Below are positions 9,637-21,302 of a stretch of DNA of 64,000 bases, one piece after another. Positions within the stretch are counted from its first letter, which is position 1; each line of letters opens with the position of its first letter. A model generated the notes under the pieces. The model ran no database searches. It was given only the letters and a program-made list of their open reading frames with translations, and was not told the DNA's origin. The stretch comes from a virus: IMG/VR virus record IMGVR_UViG_3300017779_004709, positions 1 to 64,000 of that record; one strand, written 5' to 3'. Both the position numbers and the translations under genes were made by a program.

Positions 9637-12600
9637 ATGGCAGACCGTGAAAATGTAAAATTAGCTAAAGAATTATTAGAGCTAAAGGCGAAAATCAAAA
9701 AAGAAGAAAAGATTATTGCCGACATGGGCGAAAAAGTCAATCAGAAAAATGTTCAGAGATTAGAAACACTAAAAAGAAAACAAGCAGAACTTAATAAAAT
9801 AAAATCTACTGGTGATAAGGAAGCACTTGAATCCGCAATGGAGCAAATGACCTTAGACCAATTAAAGTTAGATTTAAGTAAAAAGTTTTTCAAAATGGAA
9901 AAAAAGGGTAATGAAACTATCCTCTCAAGAACCAAAGAATATTTCAAACAAGGAAATGCTCTTCATGGGTTTTTGGAAACCACTCATAATTTTGGTAAAC
10001 AATACATACTATTAAACGAAAGAATTAAAGGTGCCAATAGTTTACTAAGTGATGATATGCCACAAGCACTTCAAAATGCTGGATTAGATTTACAAGATAT
10101 GGTGAGTCATCAGAGTGATAATTTAGATTTATCACAGCAGTTAGCAAACCAATATGATGATATGGGAAAGGATTCATTTTCTGATTTAACCAAACAGGCA
10201 GAAAAACAAGAAGAATTGGTACGGAGACAAGGTGATTATGTAAAACAAAGATTGTTACCAGATTTACAAAAACAGCTTGAATTGGCAAAGAAGTACGGTA
10301 AAGATACTACAGGAATTACTACGGCCATACAACAAATTACAAAATCACAAAGAGAGTCAAATGCAGTAGCTAAACAAAATGTAAAAATAGCAAATGAACA
10401 GAGGATAAATAATGCACAAACAGCTGCAGCAGCAGAATTAATACTGGATCCTATGAATAAGGCGAAAAGTTTATTGGAATCGACCAAGGCAGGTAAACTT
10501 GCATCAGAGTTGGTTGGTGTGGGAGATGCAACAGAACATTTTAGTGACACAATGAAAAGTTATATAACTAATTCTCTTGATAAAAAGAATCCTATGAATT
10601 TTGGATTGGCTATGACTAAGATGTTCAATCAGACGGATAAAAACGGAAGGGTAACACGAGGTCAATTTCAAATTATGTTTGATAAGATGGGAGAAGGTTT
10701 CGAAAGTATGAAGAAAATCTTTGGTGGTATAAATGGTGCTATGGGTGGAATGTTAGGACCTGCACTGGCAGTAGTTGCAATCTTAATGATAGCAAAGAAA
10801 GCAGCAGAAATGTTCTATGGTGGTATGTTGGAAACTCGTAAGGAGTTTGGAATAACAGCCACAGAGGCCGCTGGATTACAAAATACCCTTAACACCACAG
10901 CAATGGAAATGAAGTTTCTTGGTGTAAGTGCAGAAGATGTGAAGGCGGGAGCTCAAGGTATTATGGATAATATGGGTGGGATAGGACAACTTACCAACGA
11001 GAATGTAAAATCAATGGCCAGATTAAATGGATTATATGGTATTAGTGGTGAAAACTTAGGAATACTTAGAGCTCAAATGGGGGCAGTTGGTGTATCAAGT
11101 CAAGAAGCTTTCGATTCACAATTAGGTTCAGTAGCGGCACTATCACAAGCTGGTGGAGTTGCACCCGCAGCAATTATGAATGATGTGGCAAGTAATAGTG
11201 AGGCATTTGCTAAATTTGCTGGAGAAGGTGGAGATAATGTATTCAAGGCCGCTGTAGCAGCAAGACAACTTGGTTTAGATATGGCTTCAGTTGAAAAGAT
11301 AGCTGATAGCTTGTTAGATTTTGAATCATCCATAAATTCTCAAATGGAAGCAAGTATGTTACTCGGTAGAAGTATTAATACTGATAAAGCAAGAGAGATG
11401 GCACTCAATGGTAATTTGGAAGGTATGCAAAAAGAGATTACCAAACAGATTGGAACAGCAGCAGATTTTGAAAGATTAAATGTCGTACAGAGAAAATCTT
11501 TAGCAGATGCATTTGGTGTTAGTGTATCTGAATTAGGTAAGATGGTTACAAATCAAGATAAACTAAATAGTATGACAGAGGGAGAGAGAAAAAGACGAGA
11601 TTTAATAACAGGAGCTATGGAACAAATGGGTAAAGTTTTTACAAGTTTCATGGGTATCTTTAAAGCAGCCATACCATTAGCTTTAGCATTTCTTTCACCA
11701 TTTATAATATTGGGAGGTACGATAATTGGGATACTTGCTCTTTTTTCCGAATTCATACAATTTTTAAATAAAGCAAATGTACTTGGTGTTGGATTGGGTG
11801 ATGTTATTATGTTTGCCGCAGGTGCAGCTTTATTATTTAGGACAAACCTAATGGGTGGTGGAATCATGGGTTTTCTTAAAAGTACAAAAGATATGATTTT
11901 TTCAATGGGTGGAAAACTCAAAGGTATGGGTGGAATGCTTGGTGGTGGAGGCCAAACGGCAACGGGTGGAAAACCTGGAACGAAAGTTACGGCTAATAAA
12001 AAACCAGCTATTCCTCAACGCGGAAAAGGTGGTGGAGGTCCACTTGGTGGTATGTTCGAAAAATTTGACGCAAAGAAAGCACTCGGTGGAGCAGCGGCAC
12101 TATTAATTATATCAGCCGCTTTATTCGTTACAGCAAAAGCATTACAAGAATTTTCAAAAGTAAGTTGGAGTGATATGGGTAAGGCAGGAGTTGCATTACT
12201 TGCACTAACTCTAACATTGGCCGCTATTGGAGCAATAATGATGAGTGGAGTTGGAGCACTTGCAATAATCGCAGGAGCTGGAGCTATGTTGGTAATGGCA
12301 GCCGCACTACTCGTATTAGGAGTCGCCATACAGGCAATAGGTAAGGGTTTTGATATGTTGGCACAAGGATTCAGTTCCTTTGTACCGATAATTCAGACCT
12401 TAGCACCAATGGCCAGTTCTATATTCCTATTGGCTGGAGCATTTACTGCATTAGGAGTGAGTATGGGAGCTATGGCACTTGGAGCACTTGCATTAATACC
12501 AGCACTACCTGTATTGTTGGCATTAGGAGCAGTTGGGGCACTTGGAGGATTGGTTACTGGCGGAGAATCATCTACTGCTGAAACTACTGAAAATCCTGTT

Positions 12601-12738
12601 GAACTAAAACTCGATAGTACTAATAAAAAATTAGACGAATTAATAGTATTGTTAGGTGATGGTGGTACTCTGGCCGAAAACTTACACGGAATTAAAAGAA
12701 ATACTGGTGATTTTACAGATTCTATATTAACAGCATAA
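9637..12738 (+). CDS. Tape measure protein
   Basis: 1033 aa; helical N-half, Gly/Ala-rich hydrophobic C-half; follows the tube and chaperone genes. Confidence 0.85.
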   Translation: MADRENVKLAKELLELKAKIKKEEKIIADMGEKVNQKNVQRLETLKRKQAELNKIKSTGDKEALESAMEQMTLDQLKLDLSKKFFKMEKKGNETILSRTKEYFKQGNALHGFLETTHNFGKQYILLNERIKGANSLLSDDMPQALQNAGLDLQDMVSHQSDNLDLSQQLANQYDDMGKDSFSDLTKQAEKQEELVRRQGDYVKQRLLPDLQKQLELAKKYGKDTTGITTAIQQITKSQRESNAVAKQNVKIANEQRINNAQTAAAAELILDPMNKAKSLLESTKAGKLASELVGVGDATEHFSDTMKSYITNSLDKKNPMNFGLAMTKMFNQTDKNGRVTRGQFQIMFDKMGEGFESMKKIFGGINGAMGGMLGPALAVVAILMIAKKAAEMFYGGMLETRKEFGITATEAAGLQNTLNTTAMEMKFLGVSAEDVKAGAQGIMDNMGGIGQLTNENVKSMARLNGLYGISGENLGILRAQMGAVGVSSQEAFDSQLGSVAALSQAGGVAPAAIMNDVASNSEAFAKFAGEGGDNVFKAAVAARQLGLDMASVEKIADSLLDFESSINSQMEASMLLGRSINTDKAREMALNGNLEGMQKEITKQIGTAADFERLNVVQRKSLADAFGVSVSELGKMVTNQDKLNSMTEGERKRRDLITGAMEQMGKVFTSFMGIFKAAIPLALAFLSPFIILGGTIIGILALFSEFIQFLNKANVLGVGLGDVIMFAAGAALLFRTNLMGGGIMGFLKSTKDMIFSMGGKLKGMGGMLGGGGQTATGGKPGTKVTANKKPAIPQRGKGGGGPLGGMFEKFDAKKALGGAAALLIISAALFVTAKALQEFSKVSWSDMGKAGVALLALTLTLAAIGAIMMSGVGALAIIAGAGAMLVMAAALLVLGVAIQAIGKGFDMLAQGFSSFVPIIQTLAPMASSIFLLAGAFTALGVSMGAMALGALALIPALPVLLALGAVGALGGLVTGGESSTAETTENPVELKLDSTNKKLDELIVLLGDGGTLAENLHGIKRNTGDFTDSILTA

Positions 12739-12750
12739 TAGAGAAAATAA

Positions 12751-15700
12751 ATGGCATTAAAAGACTTAGTAACAGACTTATCGAATTTTAGATATACAGA
12801 TTATGATAACGCTGGGGCTAACCAATCACAGATAGAAGGAAGGTTCGGTGGAACAATAGGACCTACACCAGCACAACCACCACTTTCTGATGAACACACA
12901 AAGTTTGATGATGGAGTGGGGAGAGGAGCGATGCCAAATGACGATCCACAGACATTTAATGTTCGAGGATATACGGTTACTGGTAATAAAAGATTTTATA
13001 TTGGATATCAAGGTGATATCATTCCAAATGACGAATCTGTTTATGGAATAGGACCTTTTAATAGTATTGCAGGTGTATTTGACCACACTCAGATTAGAGA
13101 TAGGTTAAGAAAAACATATACAAATTATGGTAATAATGAATTTAGTACTGATGGTTCTATTCATATAGGTTCTCAAGATACGGCAGGTGTTGTTGGTGGT
13201 GGAGTTGATTATTATGGAAGTTTAGTAACCATATCTCCACGAGGTTCTTTATATCGTGATTCAAGTGGTAATTATCAAGTTCCACAAGATGGTAGAAATA
13301 CAAATCCACCTGGTGGAATTAGTAATATACCAGAATTTACAAAAACACAGATAACATTTAATATCCCACAGCATACTTCAACAGGACCTACTCAGTTTAC
13401 AATACAACCATTAAACACCACATCACTAATACCTGATTTACATGATAGTGATTTTATGACACGACCATCTTATACAAGTCAGATAGGTACGGATACTGCT
13501 ACACATAATGTGAGTATGATTACCCTAACAGGACCAACTACACAAGATTATCAAACAACAATTAATCTCGATAAGATAGCAGAGGGGGCACACGGAAGTG
13601 ATTTTCAAACCACACCAATAGAAGCATTTAGTAGTAGATTTGCCACGACAGATGGATTATTGATGGACACGGTTCATATTTCAGGATTTAATCGTGGTGA
13701 TATGTATATGCAAAATGCACCCGAACCAACTATTCCTGAATTTAAAGTTTTCACTCAAAGTGATAAATCATTAAAACCATTTTCTGAATGGAGTCCACAA
13801 AAATATGGTTCTAATTTTGTAGATACTATATACACTTTTTTCGGTGGAGAACAAAAAGAATATAGGTTTGATGATAGACTACCTTACAATATTCCAGCCA
13901 GAGACGATAGTGCAGTTGGATTTGACCAACCATTTATTTTAAGACCGATTGGAAACACTTGGGGATTTGATAAACCAAATGGTGATGGATTCTTTTCAAA
14001 GGTTGGTGGATTTTTAAATGAAATAGATTCTGCAGTAGGTGATATCACAAGAGGGGCACCAGGATTTACAGGATTGGTTTCAAGAACTCTACACGACGCG
14101 GTTAGACTTGGTAAATTTGCACTTACAACAAAAGGAATATTCTTTGTTGCTAAACAATATGGATTACAATTATTAAATCCAAGACCTGAAACAAGAGTTT
14201 ATAATCCATTATCATTAGGTTCAATAGCACCAATCGTTCATATGGACAGACATCTTGATGGTGGAACTTATGAAGATGCACTTGGTAGTGGTGGAGAAGA
14301 ATCAATACTTACTGGATATGGAAACGCCTTAACGGATCCAAAGACTGCATTACAAGGTGGTAAGATAGCATTTCAAACTGCTAGACGAGTTACATTAGCC
14401 CATGTGACGGCTATGGTACCAGGAGCTGGTGGTAAGGTATCATTCGGAGCTCTACCTGAAATAGGATTTGATTTAACTGCAGGTGGAAGTGGAAATATAA
14501 ACGCATTTTCAAGAAATATAGTTGGAATTGATAAGTACAATAGAAATAAACGATACACCACGACAGATGGAACACCAATTATTCCAGCAAGAAATCCTGA
14601 AGCTGGATATAAATCAGGTATATTGGCTAGTAGATATGCTGGTTCACCACTCACGGAAATGTTCATTACCGAAGAAGGTATCAGACAGGCTGGTACTAAT
14701 GTGGGTTATCCATCAGCGGCAATTACAGATGCAGTAATCAAACCTGAAATTTTTGAAGGTAATTCAGACGATATTGATAGTCCTTATTTTGGTAATAGTA
14801 ATACTAATAGTAATTTTGGTGTAGATAAAGACACCAATAAAGTTGAAGTTTTAAGAAATGTTAATTTTGTAAATATTGGTAATCCGTTAAATCCGATTCA
14901 TAACCGATTGACTCCAACTGATAAGGTTGGACAACTTGACTTTACACAACAATTAATATATAATCCATTATCTGAGAATTATCCTTCAGAACTAAGATTG
15001 GCAAAGGAAGGGGTTTATACAGGTGATTTATACGATAGGTCTAATGCTTATGCTCCAATTGAGATACCAGATAAAATTCAAGATAAATTAGGTGTATTGA
15101 GTACAAGAGAAGAAAGACTTCAAAAGGGAACAATTCAACTCGGCGATTTCGCAATATATAAAAAGAGATACTTTCATTCGTTTAGTGGTCAAGGACCAGT
15201 TGTATCAATTGGTGGTCGAGATACATTGAGCCTTAATGGATACATGATAGAGAATAGTAAAACTCGTATTAGAATAAAAAGAGGACGGAGGTGGAGAAGT
15301 GATTTATATGATAAAGATAATACTTATTCACTTGAATCTCGATTAACTATAAATGATGATTCAGAACCACAACTTGAATTTAGTCTACCATATAATAATT
15401 TAGACTCACCTACCACAGCAAAAAATATTCGTTCTTTGTCTGTCAATTTGACGACTCGAACAGGAGAAATTAGAAATAAAAAAGTACAACTTTCTGATTA
15501 TAAAGATTTTACTTGGTCTACCACCCATCTCGTAGGTACATCGGTAGAAGGTATGAAGTTTGTTGGAAATAAATATGGACCTGCAGGTTCAAAACGATAT
15601 GGTAACATATCTTATTCAGATAGTAAAGGGTATTGGGGTAAAATACCAGGTACGGGTGATGGTGATCCAGAAACAGGAGTTTACGATTGGTCAGATTTAG

Positions 15701-17022
15701 ATGTCGGAGATTCAGTTGGTGGATTAACTATGGTGTCCAAAACAGAACAAGTACCCGATAAGAGAAATGTAAGAAGTGAACCTACCAAAAAAGGTACTCA
15801 GGCTGGACTAATTCAACCAAAACAAGTAGAGGTAAATAGACCACCTGATGGTTCTCAATTTGAAAATTTAAAAGTTGATATTGATGGTGAAAAACAAGAA
15901 ATTCCAACCGTAGTCAAGACAAAGATAACTCAAGATGATAATGCACCACCTGGTATAGAACAAAATCCAGATGTTGCTATAAATGACAAACCAGCGGTAA
16001 TTAGTGTTCCAGCAACTTCTGTTACTAAGAAAAGTAATAACGAAGATATTCAAGACTCACCGACTGGTACCAAAGAAGCATTAAAGAGATACAAAACATT
16101 GAGTTATGGGGATTTGGGAGAAGGTAGTGCAAAAAGATATAATCAACAATGGTTAAGTGGTGGAGAAACGGATGAAGAAGATTCACGCCGTAAAGCTTTA
16201 TTTGAAAAAATATCCGAAGAAAGGAAATCCGAAAATAAATTAGTTTATAGGTTAGGTAATCCTGGACAACCTGGTGTTATGGCGGTATACGATGAACAAT
16301 TGATGGGTAAGATAAAACCAGCAGCAATGGCTGATGATAAAGTTACAAGTTATAATGGTGATCTTCAAGATAAAATTAATATGACACCTTACGGAGAAGA
16401 TTCAGCTCAACCTGATTTTGTAAAATTTAAATTTTATGATATGGTAAATCAAAAATATATTATATTTAGAGCAACACTTAGTGGAATAAGTGAAACACTT
16501 TCACCTGAGTGGTCATCGGAAAGATACATTGGTAGACCTGATAATGTTCATGTTTATCAAGGAGTTGATAGGGCATTAAGTTTCAATTTTATAGTTGCAC
16601 CAACTTCACGACAAGAATTACCGATATTGTGGGAAAAATTAAATTATCTTGTAGGTTTAACCTATCCTCATTGGAATCCACAATCGGCTGGTGGTAAACG
16701 AATGGAATCACCATTTATAAACTTAACAATAGGTGATATGTACAATGAAGTTCCAGGATATTTAAGTGGTCTTAGTGTTGAAGTAGAGGACCAATCTACT
16801 TGGGAAATAACAGATGGGTTTCAGTTACCAAAGGTAATAAATGTGAGTTGTGAATTTGCACACATAGGACAACATCCATTAGCATCACAAGGTATACATT
16901 ATGACTTCGGTGGAAAAGACAAAACTTGGTTAAAACCATATAGTACAGAAACAGGAGAAATGGGTGACCGACCTGATAAATGGAATGACTTTTATAGTAA
17001 AATAGGTGCCGCTAATGAGTAG
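12751..17022 (+). CDS. Large baseplate/tail-tube-initiator protein
   Basis: C-terminal tube-initiator-like domain (IIFRATLSGISETLSPEW...YIGRPDNVHVYQGVDRALSFNF); follows the tape measure gene. Confidence 0.65.
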   Translation: MALKDLVTDLSNFRYTDYDNAGANQSQIEGRFGGTIGPTPAQPPLSDEHTKFDDGVGRGAMPNDDPQTFNVRGYTVTGNKRFYIGYQGDIIPNDESVYGIGPFNSIAGVFDHTQIRDRLRKTYTNYGNNEFSTDGSIHIGSQDTAGVVGGGVDYYGSLVTISPRGSLYRDSSGNYQVPQDGRNTNPPGGISNIPEFTKTQITFNIPQHTSTGPTQFTIQPLNTTSLIPDLHDSDFMTRPSYTSQIGTDTATHNVSMITLTGPTTQDYQTTINLDKIAEGAHGSDFQTTPIEAFSSRFATTDGLLMDTVHISGFNRGDMYMQNAPEPTIPEFKVFTQSDKSLKPFSEWSPQKYGSNFVDTIYTFFGGEQKEYRFDDRLPYNIPARDDSAVGFDQPFILRPIGNTWGFDKPNGDGFFSKVGGFLNEIDSAVGDITRGAPGFTGLVSRTLHDAVRLGKFALTTKGIFFVAKQYGLQLLNPRPETRVYNPLSLGSIAPIVHMDRHLDGGTYEDALGSGGEESILTGYGNALTDPKTALQGGKIAFQTARRVTLAHVTAMVPGAGGKVSFGALPEIGFDLTAGGSGNINAFSRNIVGIDKYNRNKRYTTTDGTPIIPARNPEAGYKSGILASRYAGSPLTEMFITEEGIRQAGTNVGYPSAAITDAVIKPEIFEGNSDDIDSPYFGNSNTNSNFGVDKDTNKVEVLRNVNFVNIGNPLNPIHNRLTPTDKVGQLDFTQQLIYNPLSENYPSELRLAKEGVYTGDLYDRSNAYAPIEIPDKIQDKLGVLSTREERLQKGTIQLGDFAIYKKRYFHSFSGQGPVVSIGGRDTLSLNGYMIENSKTRIRIKRGRRWRSDLYDKDNTYSLESRLTINDDSEPQLEFSLPYNNLDSPTTAKNIRSLSVNLTTRTGEIRNKKVQLSDYKDFTWSTTHLVGTSVEGMKFVGNKYGPAGSKRYGNISYSDSKGYWGKIPGTGDGDPETGVYDWSDLDVGDSVGGLTMVSKTEQVPDKRNVRSEPTKKGTQAGLIQPKQVEVNRPPDGSQFENLKVDIDGEKQEIPTVVKTKITQDDNAPPGIEQNPDVAINDKPAVISVPATSVTKKSNNEDIQDSPTGTKEALKRYKTLSYGDLGEGSAKRYNQQWLSGGETDEEDSRRKALFEKISEERKSENKLVYRLGNPGQPGVMAVYDEQLMGKIKPAAMADDKVTSYNGDLQDKINMTPYGEDSAQPDFVKFKFYDMVNQKYIIFRATLSGISETLSPEWSSERYIGRPDNVHVYQGVDRALSFNFIVAPTSRQELPILWEKLNYLVGLTYPHWNPQSAGGKRMESPFINLTIGDMYNEVPGYLSGLSVEVEDQSTWEITDGFQLPKVINVSCEFAHIGQHPLASQGIHYDFGGKDKTWLKPYSTETGEMGDRPDKWNDFYSKIGAANE

Positions 17023-17320
17023 ATATAGATTCACAGGAATTAAAATAGATAAAAATACTGGCAATAGAGTGCAAAAAACAACACTTTATCCTCAAATAAA
17101 AATAGAGGATGGTGACCAATTTATATATCCATTAGATGGTGATAGAATGGAAAGTATAGCATATAGATTTTATGGTGATTCTACTTTGTGGTGGATTATA
17201 GCAAAGGCAAATGGTATCCGTGATGGTTCATTTGGATTAAAACCAGATGAAAAGATAAGAATACCAAGTAATGTTCCACAGATACTAAGTGATTTACGAG
17301 CAATAAATGAAGATGTGTAA
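17015..17320 (+). CDS. LysM-like baseplate wedge protein (gp53/P2 X-like)
   Basis: GDRMESIAYRFYGDSTLWWIIAKAN...IRIP; start ATG 17015 (MSRY) preferred. Confidence 0.8.
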   Translation: MSRYRFTGIKIDKNTGNRVQKTTLYPQIKIEDGDQFIYPLDGDRMESIAYRFYGDSTLWWIIAKANGIRDGSFGLKPDEKIRIPSNVPQILSDLRAINEDV

Positions 17321-17325
17321 AGGTT

Positions 17326-19929
17326 ATGATAAATTTAGCCCCAATTCATAAAAAAATAAGAAAAACATTACATCGTAAGAGTGAAGCCGTTTCAAGGACT
17401 TATGATGGAGATATGCTTGATCCTCAAAGTGGATTAAAAGATACATATACAAAAACAACTTGGGTAAGAATGTATTCTCCTGTCGATGGTACTTTGGATA
17501 AACTCGGTAAAGAGGCAAAAGGAATGAACACCACAATGATAATGGGTGGTGAAGTTAATGCAGATAGCAAAAATCCATTGTTTGGATTTGATGAGTTATA
17601 TTTACAGAGTGATAAGGGTGGTGGAGTATTTGCTCCGCAAACTGGTACTGAACCAAAAACTCGTAGACCAATACCAGGAATAAAAGATATTACCGTTTCA
17701 TACGAAGGTGGTTTATCAGCTCTAAGAAAGGCAACCATAAATTGGACTTGCTGGAGTTTTGAAGATTTAGAAAGATTTACTCCACATTTTATGTCACATG
17801 GTATGGGAGTATTATTAGAATGGGGATGGAATACACCAGAAGTACAACAATTTCAAAAGTTTAGTCAAGAAGAAATGGTAAACGGACAGGCTTATTCAAA
17901 ACTACAAAATACAATACTTGACTTGGGTGGAGATTATGATGGTATGGCTGGTATTATTAATAATTGGGAATGGTCATTACGAGATGATGGTGGGTTTGAT
18001 GTAACCACGACTATTGTTGCACGAGGTGTTAATGTTCTTAGTGCAGACATATCTGGAACTGGTGTACCAAAGAAAGGTAAAAATCAACCTTTACCTACAA
18101 TGAAAGAATTTGCAGCAGCATTAAAAGAAGTTTTATATAGTATGTCTACTGAAGGGGGGTTGTGGTTACTCGATTCGGCTGAAAACAAAAAACCATCAAA
18201 GGCAAATGTACAAAATTGGTCAGAGAGTGATGGTACACAACCACCTGGTGTTTTAGTAATGATTCATGACAATTGGTTTAGTACCGTAAAGGCAGGACCT
18301 TATGTGACTTGGGGATTTTTTGAAGATAATATTTTAAGTAAATTTGTGGGTAGAGTTGATGAGAAAGGTAGAACTATCAATTCTTTTAGGAGTATATCAC
18401 CATTGTTCAATAAGGCGGATGGTAATAGTGAACTTCCATATTTAAAAAGTGATAAGAGAACTCCTACTGATAAAATATATGAGGCTGGATTTCAATCCGT
18501 TGTTATTAGAAATAATAATTATCTATACACACCATTTATGAAAAGGTGGATTTTACCTGGACAATTTCCAGCAACTGAAGTGGCAAGAGATGCAATGGAT
18601 CTCACCGATAATAATGAAGAATTCGTAAAAGAGGTTTCAAAGTACGCACAGGATCATAGTTATTATAGAAGATTTGCTATAAATGAAGGAAATTGGACTG
18701 ATGGTGGGTATATAAGAAACATATTAATATCATATGATTTGATAACAACCGCATTTGAAAATGCAAATACTTTAAGAGAGGGTATGCAACTTTTATTTGA
18801 TGAGATTAATAAAGATGTGGATGGATTTTGGAAATTTGAAGTTGTAATGGATCCATATATTGATGGTAATGTTAAAGTAATAGATGTTAATTCAACTCCT
18901 GAAAATGCACAAACATTACTTGAAGATAGAGTAGGTAAAGAAAATCCAGAAAGTAAATTATTTACCTTTCCATCTTGGGGTGAGAAAAGTATTGTTAAAT
19001 CTCAAACTCTTAATTCAAAAGTACCAAGTTCTATGGCAGTATCTGCAATGTATGCTGGAACTGCTAAAGAAGGTGAAGAACCTGATAACGCTCCAATTGA
19101 ATCAAGGGCAGTATCAGAGGTACAGAATCCTGGTAGTAAAGATAAATCACAACCAGCAGTAAGTATGGCAAATAGATTGGGTACTGAAAATCCCTTTGGT
19201 AGTAAAAACCCATACGGAGATAGTGATGATGGTATAACAATAAAAAGTGATGAAAATGGAGCGACTAACATACCGTCAGAAAATAACTTTGGAAAGGGTA
19301 GGGGAATAGCATTTGAAGGTATTACTTTAGAAGATATAATCAAGTGGTACGAAGAACGAGATGAAGATGAGATGACCGAAGATGATAAAAAAAGACAAGC
19401 GGCTGCAAAAGAACAACAAGAAGAAAAGACAGCATCTGGTATAGAGGCAAAACAGCGTTTTAAAGCTGCAGCAGGTGGTACAGGAAAATTAGCTAAAACT
19501 TCACCAATACAAACATTTACTAAATCTCGACCTTGGTGGCCAGGAGATGATAGTGAATTTTTTTCTCTTTACAATCAAGAAGGTGAATTGTCAAGTGATT
19601 CATCTTTTAATGTTTTGTTTAGACGAACTATGTTAGATTATATACATGGTAATGCAGATGATTTGAGTGATGAGGAAAGAGAAGAAATAGTAGTCGATCC
19701 TATAATTCCATTAGAATTGGAAATAGTGATAGATGGGTGTGGTGGTATCATACCTGGAAATGCTTTCCATGTTGATTATATAACTCAAAGATATAAAGAC
19801 TATGTTGTATTTCAGACTTTAACTTTAAGTCATACGGTTTCTTCTGCAGGATGGAGTATGAATTTAAAAGGTCAACCGAGAGTAGCAATGAATAAGATTT
19901 ATAAAGATAAACGAGATAGTGATGGCTAG
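17326..19929 (+). CDS. Baseplate hub protein (putative)
   Basis: RPIPGIKDITV...RKATINWTCWS, LLEWGW, YDGMAGII; C-terminal LEIVIDGCGGIIPGNAF; position after the LysM gene. Confidence 0.6.
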   Translation: MINLAPIHKKIRKTLHRKSEAVSRTYDGDMLDPQSGLKDTYTKTTWVRMYSPVDGTLDKLGKEAKGMNTTMIMGGEVNADSKNPLFGFDELYLQSDKGGGVFAPQTGTEPKTRRPIPGIKDITVSYEGGLSALRKATINWTCWSFEDLERFTPHFMSHGMGVLLEWGWNTPEVQQFQKFSQEEMVNGQAYSKLQNTILDLGGDYDGMAGIINNWEWSLRDDGGFDVTTTIVARGVNVLSADISGTGVPKKGKNQPLPTMKEFAAALKEVLYSMSTEGGLWLLDSAENKKPSKANVQNWSESDGTQPPGVLVMIHDNWFSTVKAGPYVTWGFFEDNILSKFVGRVDEKGRTINSFRSISPLFNKADGNSELPYLKSDKRTPTDKIYEAGFQSVVIRNNNYLYTPFMKRWILPGQFPATEVARDAMDLTDNNEEFVKEVSKYAQDHSYYRRFAINEGNWTDGGYIRNILISYDLITTAFENANTLREGMQLLFDEINKDVDGFWKFEVVMDPYIDGNVKVIDVNSTPENAQTLLEDRVGKENPESKLFTFPSWGEKSIVKSQTLNSKVPSSMAVSAMYAGTAKEGEEPDNAPIESRAVSEVQNPGSKDKSQPAVSMANRLGTENPFGSKNPYGDSDDGITIKSDENGATNIPSENNFGKGRGIAFEGITLEDIIKWYEERDEDEMTEDDKKRQAAAKEQQEEKTASGIEAKQRFKAAAGGTGKLAKTSPIQTFTKSRPWWPGDDSEFFSLYNQEGELSSDSSFNVLFRRTMLDYIHGNADDLSDEEREEIVVDPIIPLELEIVIDGCGGIIPGNAFHVDYITQRYKDYVVFQTLTLSHTVSSAGWSMNLKGQPRVAMNKIYKDKRDSDG

Positions 19930-20818
19930 AAAGAAAAGAATAAAGAGTAAAAAATCAGCAAATAAAATGTTTAATAAAGTGTATGGTGATGCCTTATCAT
20001 CATTAAAGGGATTGTTTGAAAGTTCAAAACAGACTATTTTAACTGATAGACTTTCAAAAGTTTATGATTTAAATAAAATGATATCTGATGAAAATACAGA
20101 CAGAGTTATACATGATGCTGGAGTGGTTGAGAGATATGGAGATTTTACATATCAAGATGGGGCAAATGTTCCTGTTGGTGAATCCTATCATATTCATTAT
20201 TCAAGAATCGGAAAGACTGAAATTTATATGACGGGTGAAAAACATGATAAGACTTCTTTGATTATAAACAGAGTGAGAGGTAATACGGTTTTTGGTCAAT
20301 ATATGGATGCAAAACCAAATGCAAAAGGATATAACTATTTAAGTGAATTTGTTTTTAAGATTACGAATAAACATCGTAAGGTGGGGGTGGCTAGACGATA
20401 TTTTGCTAAAGAAGTAAATCGTTCAAATTCTCGTATATTTGAAATAGAAAAACCAGACTTTACAAAAGTAACACCATTATATACAAAAACACAATTAAAG
20501 TGGACTCTTAGTGATAATAAAGAATTGATGGAAAAGAAAAACATAGAACAGATAAACAATGCAGTACTTAAAGGATTTGTCTCATTAGAATATGCATTAA
20601 ATCCAATAGAGGGTTATATCGGTAAAAGTGTTTCTACAAAAGAGGAACTTGCTGAAAAACTTAAAGGTATAGTATCATCAGATGAAGTATCATCAGAACC
20701 GAAGAAAAAGAAAAGGAAAAGGAAAAGGAAAAAGAAATCATCTACTCCATCAACTTCGTCACCAAGTACAACTACAAGTGCACCACCATCTCAAAATAGT
20801 GGTCAAGGTGCATATTAA
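19919..20818 (+). CDS. Hypothetical protein with basic and Ser/Thr-rich tail
   Basis: 299-aa ORF; RRYFAK and LKWTL segments; KKKKRKRKRKKK tract. Confidence 0.6.
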   Translation: MMARKKRIKSKKSANKMFNKVYGDALSSLKGLFESSKQTILTDRLSKVYDLNKMISDENTDRVIHDAGVVERYGDFTYQDGANVPVGESYHIHYSRIGKTEIYMTGEKHDKTSLIINRVRGNTVFGQYMDAKPNAKGYNYLSEFVFKITNKHRKVGVARRYFAKEVNRSNSRIFEIEKPDFTKVTPLYTKTQLKWTLSDNKELMEKKNIEQINNAVLKGFVSLEYALNPIEGYIGKSVSTKEELAEKLKGIVSSDEVSSEPKKKKRKRKRKKKSSTPSTSSPSTTTSAPPSQNSGQGAY

Positions 20819-20867
20819 TCTACATTTTGAAATTTTAGATAGATATATATTAGAAAGGTTATAGTAA

Positions 20868-21302
20868 ATGGTTATATGGTTCACAGGCCAACCTGGCAGT
20901 GGTAAAACAACATTATGTAAGGCATTAAAAGAACAATGGTCGTTTTGGAAACATCAATGTGTTCATATTGATGGAGATGACATCCGAGAAATATTCAGTA
21001 ATAAAAATTACAATTTTGATGGTAGAGTGAATAACATCAAAACTGCTCAAAATATTGCAAGATTTTTACATAACAAACGTTATAGGGTTTTAGTTTCATT
21101 GGTTTCACCCTATAAAAAATTACGAGAAGAATTAAGAGGTCAAGATATTTATCAAGTTTATTGCCATACAACAGAAATTCGTGGTAGAGAAGAATATTTT
21201 GTGGATAATTATGAACCACCAACCGAAAATTTTATAGATATGGACACAACAAATAAATCAGTTAAGGAGTGCGTAGATGAAATACTCAATGTTTGTAGGT
21301 AG
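20868..21302 (+). CDS. cysC: Adenylylsulfate (APS) kinase
   Basis: VIWFTGQPGSGKTT P-loop, IDGDDIR, VSLVSPY, YEPP. Confidence 0.85.
   Translation: MVIWFTGQPGSGKTTLCKALKEQWSFWKHQCVHIDGDDIREIFSNKNYNFDGRVNNIKTAQNIARFLHNKRYRVLVSLVSPYKKLREELRGQDIYQVYCHTTEIRGREEYFVDNYEPPTENFIDMDTTNKSVKECVDEILNVCR

Noticed and set aside
20702-20737. AAAAGG short tandem repeat
   Set aside because: Simply encodes a Lys/Arg tract in the 299-aa ORF
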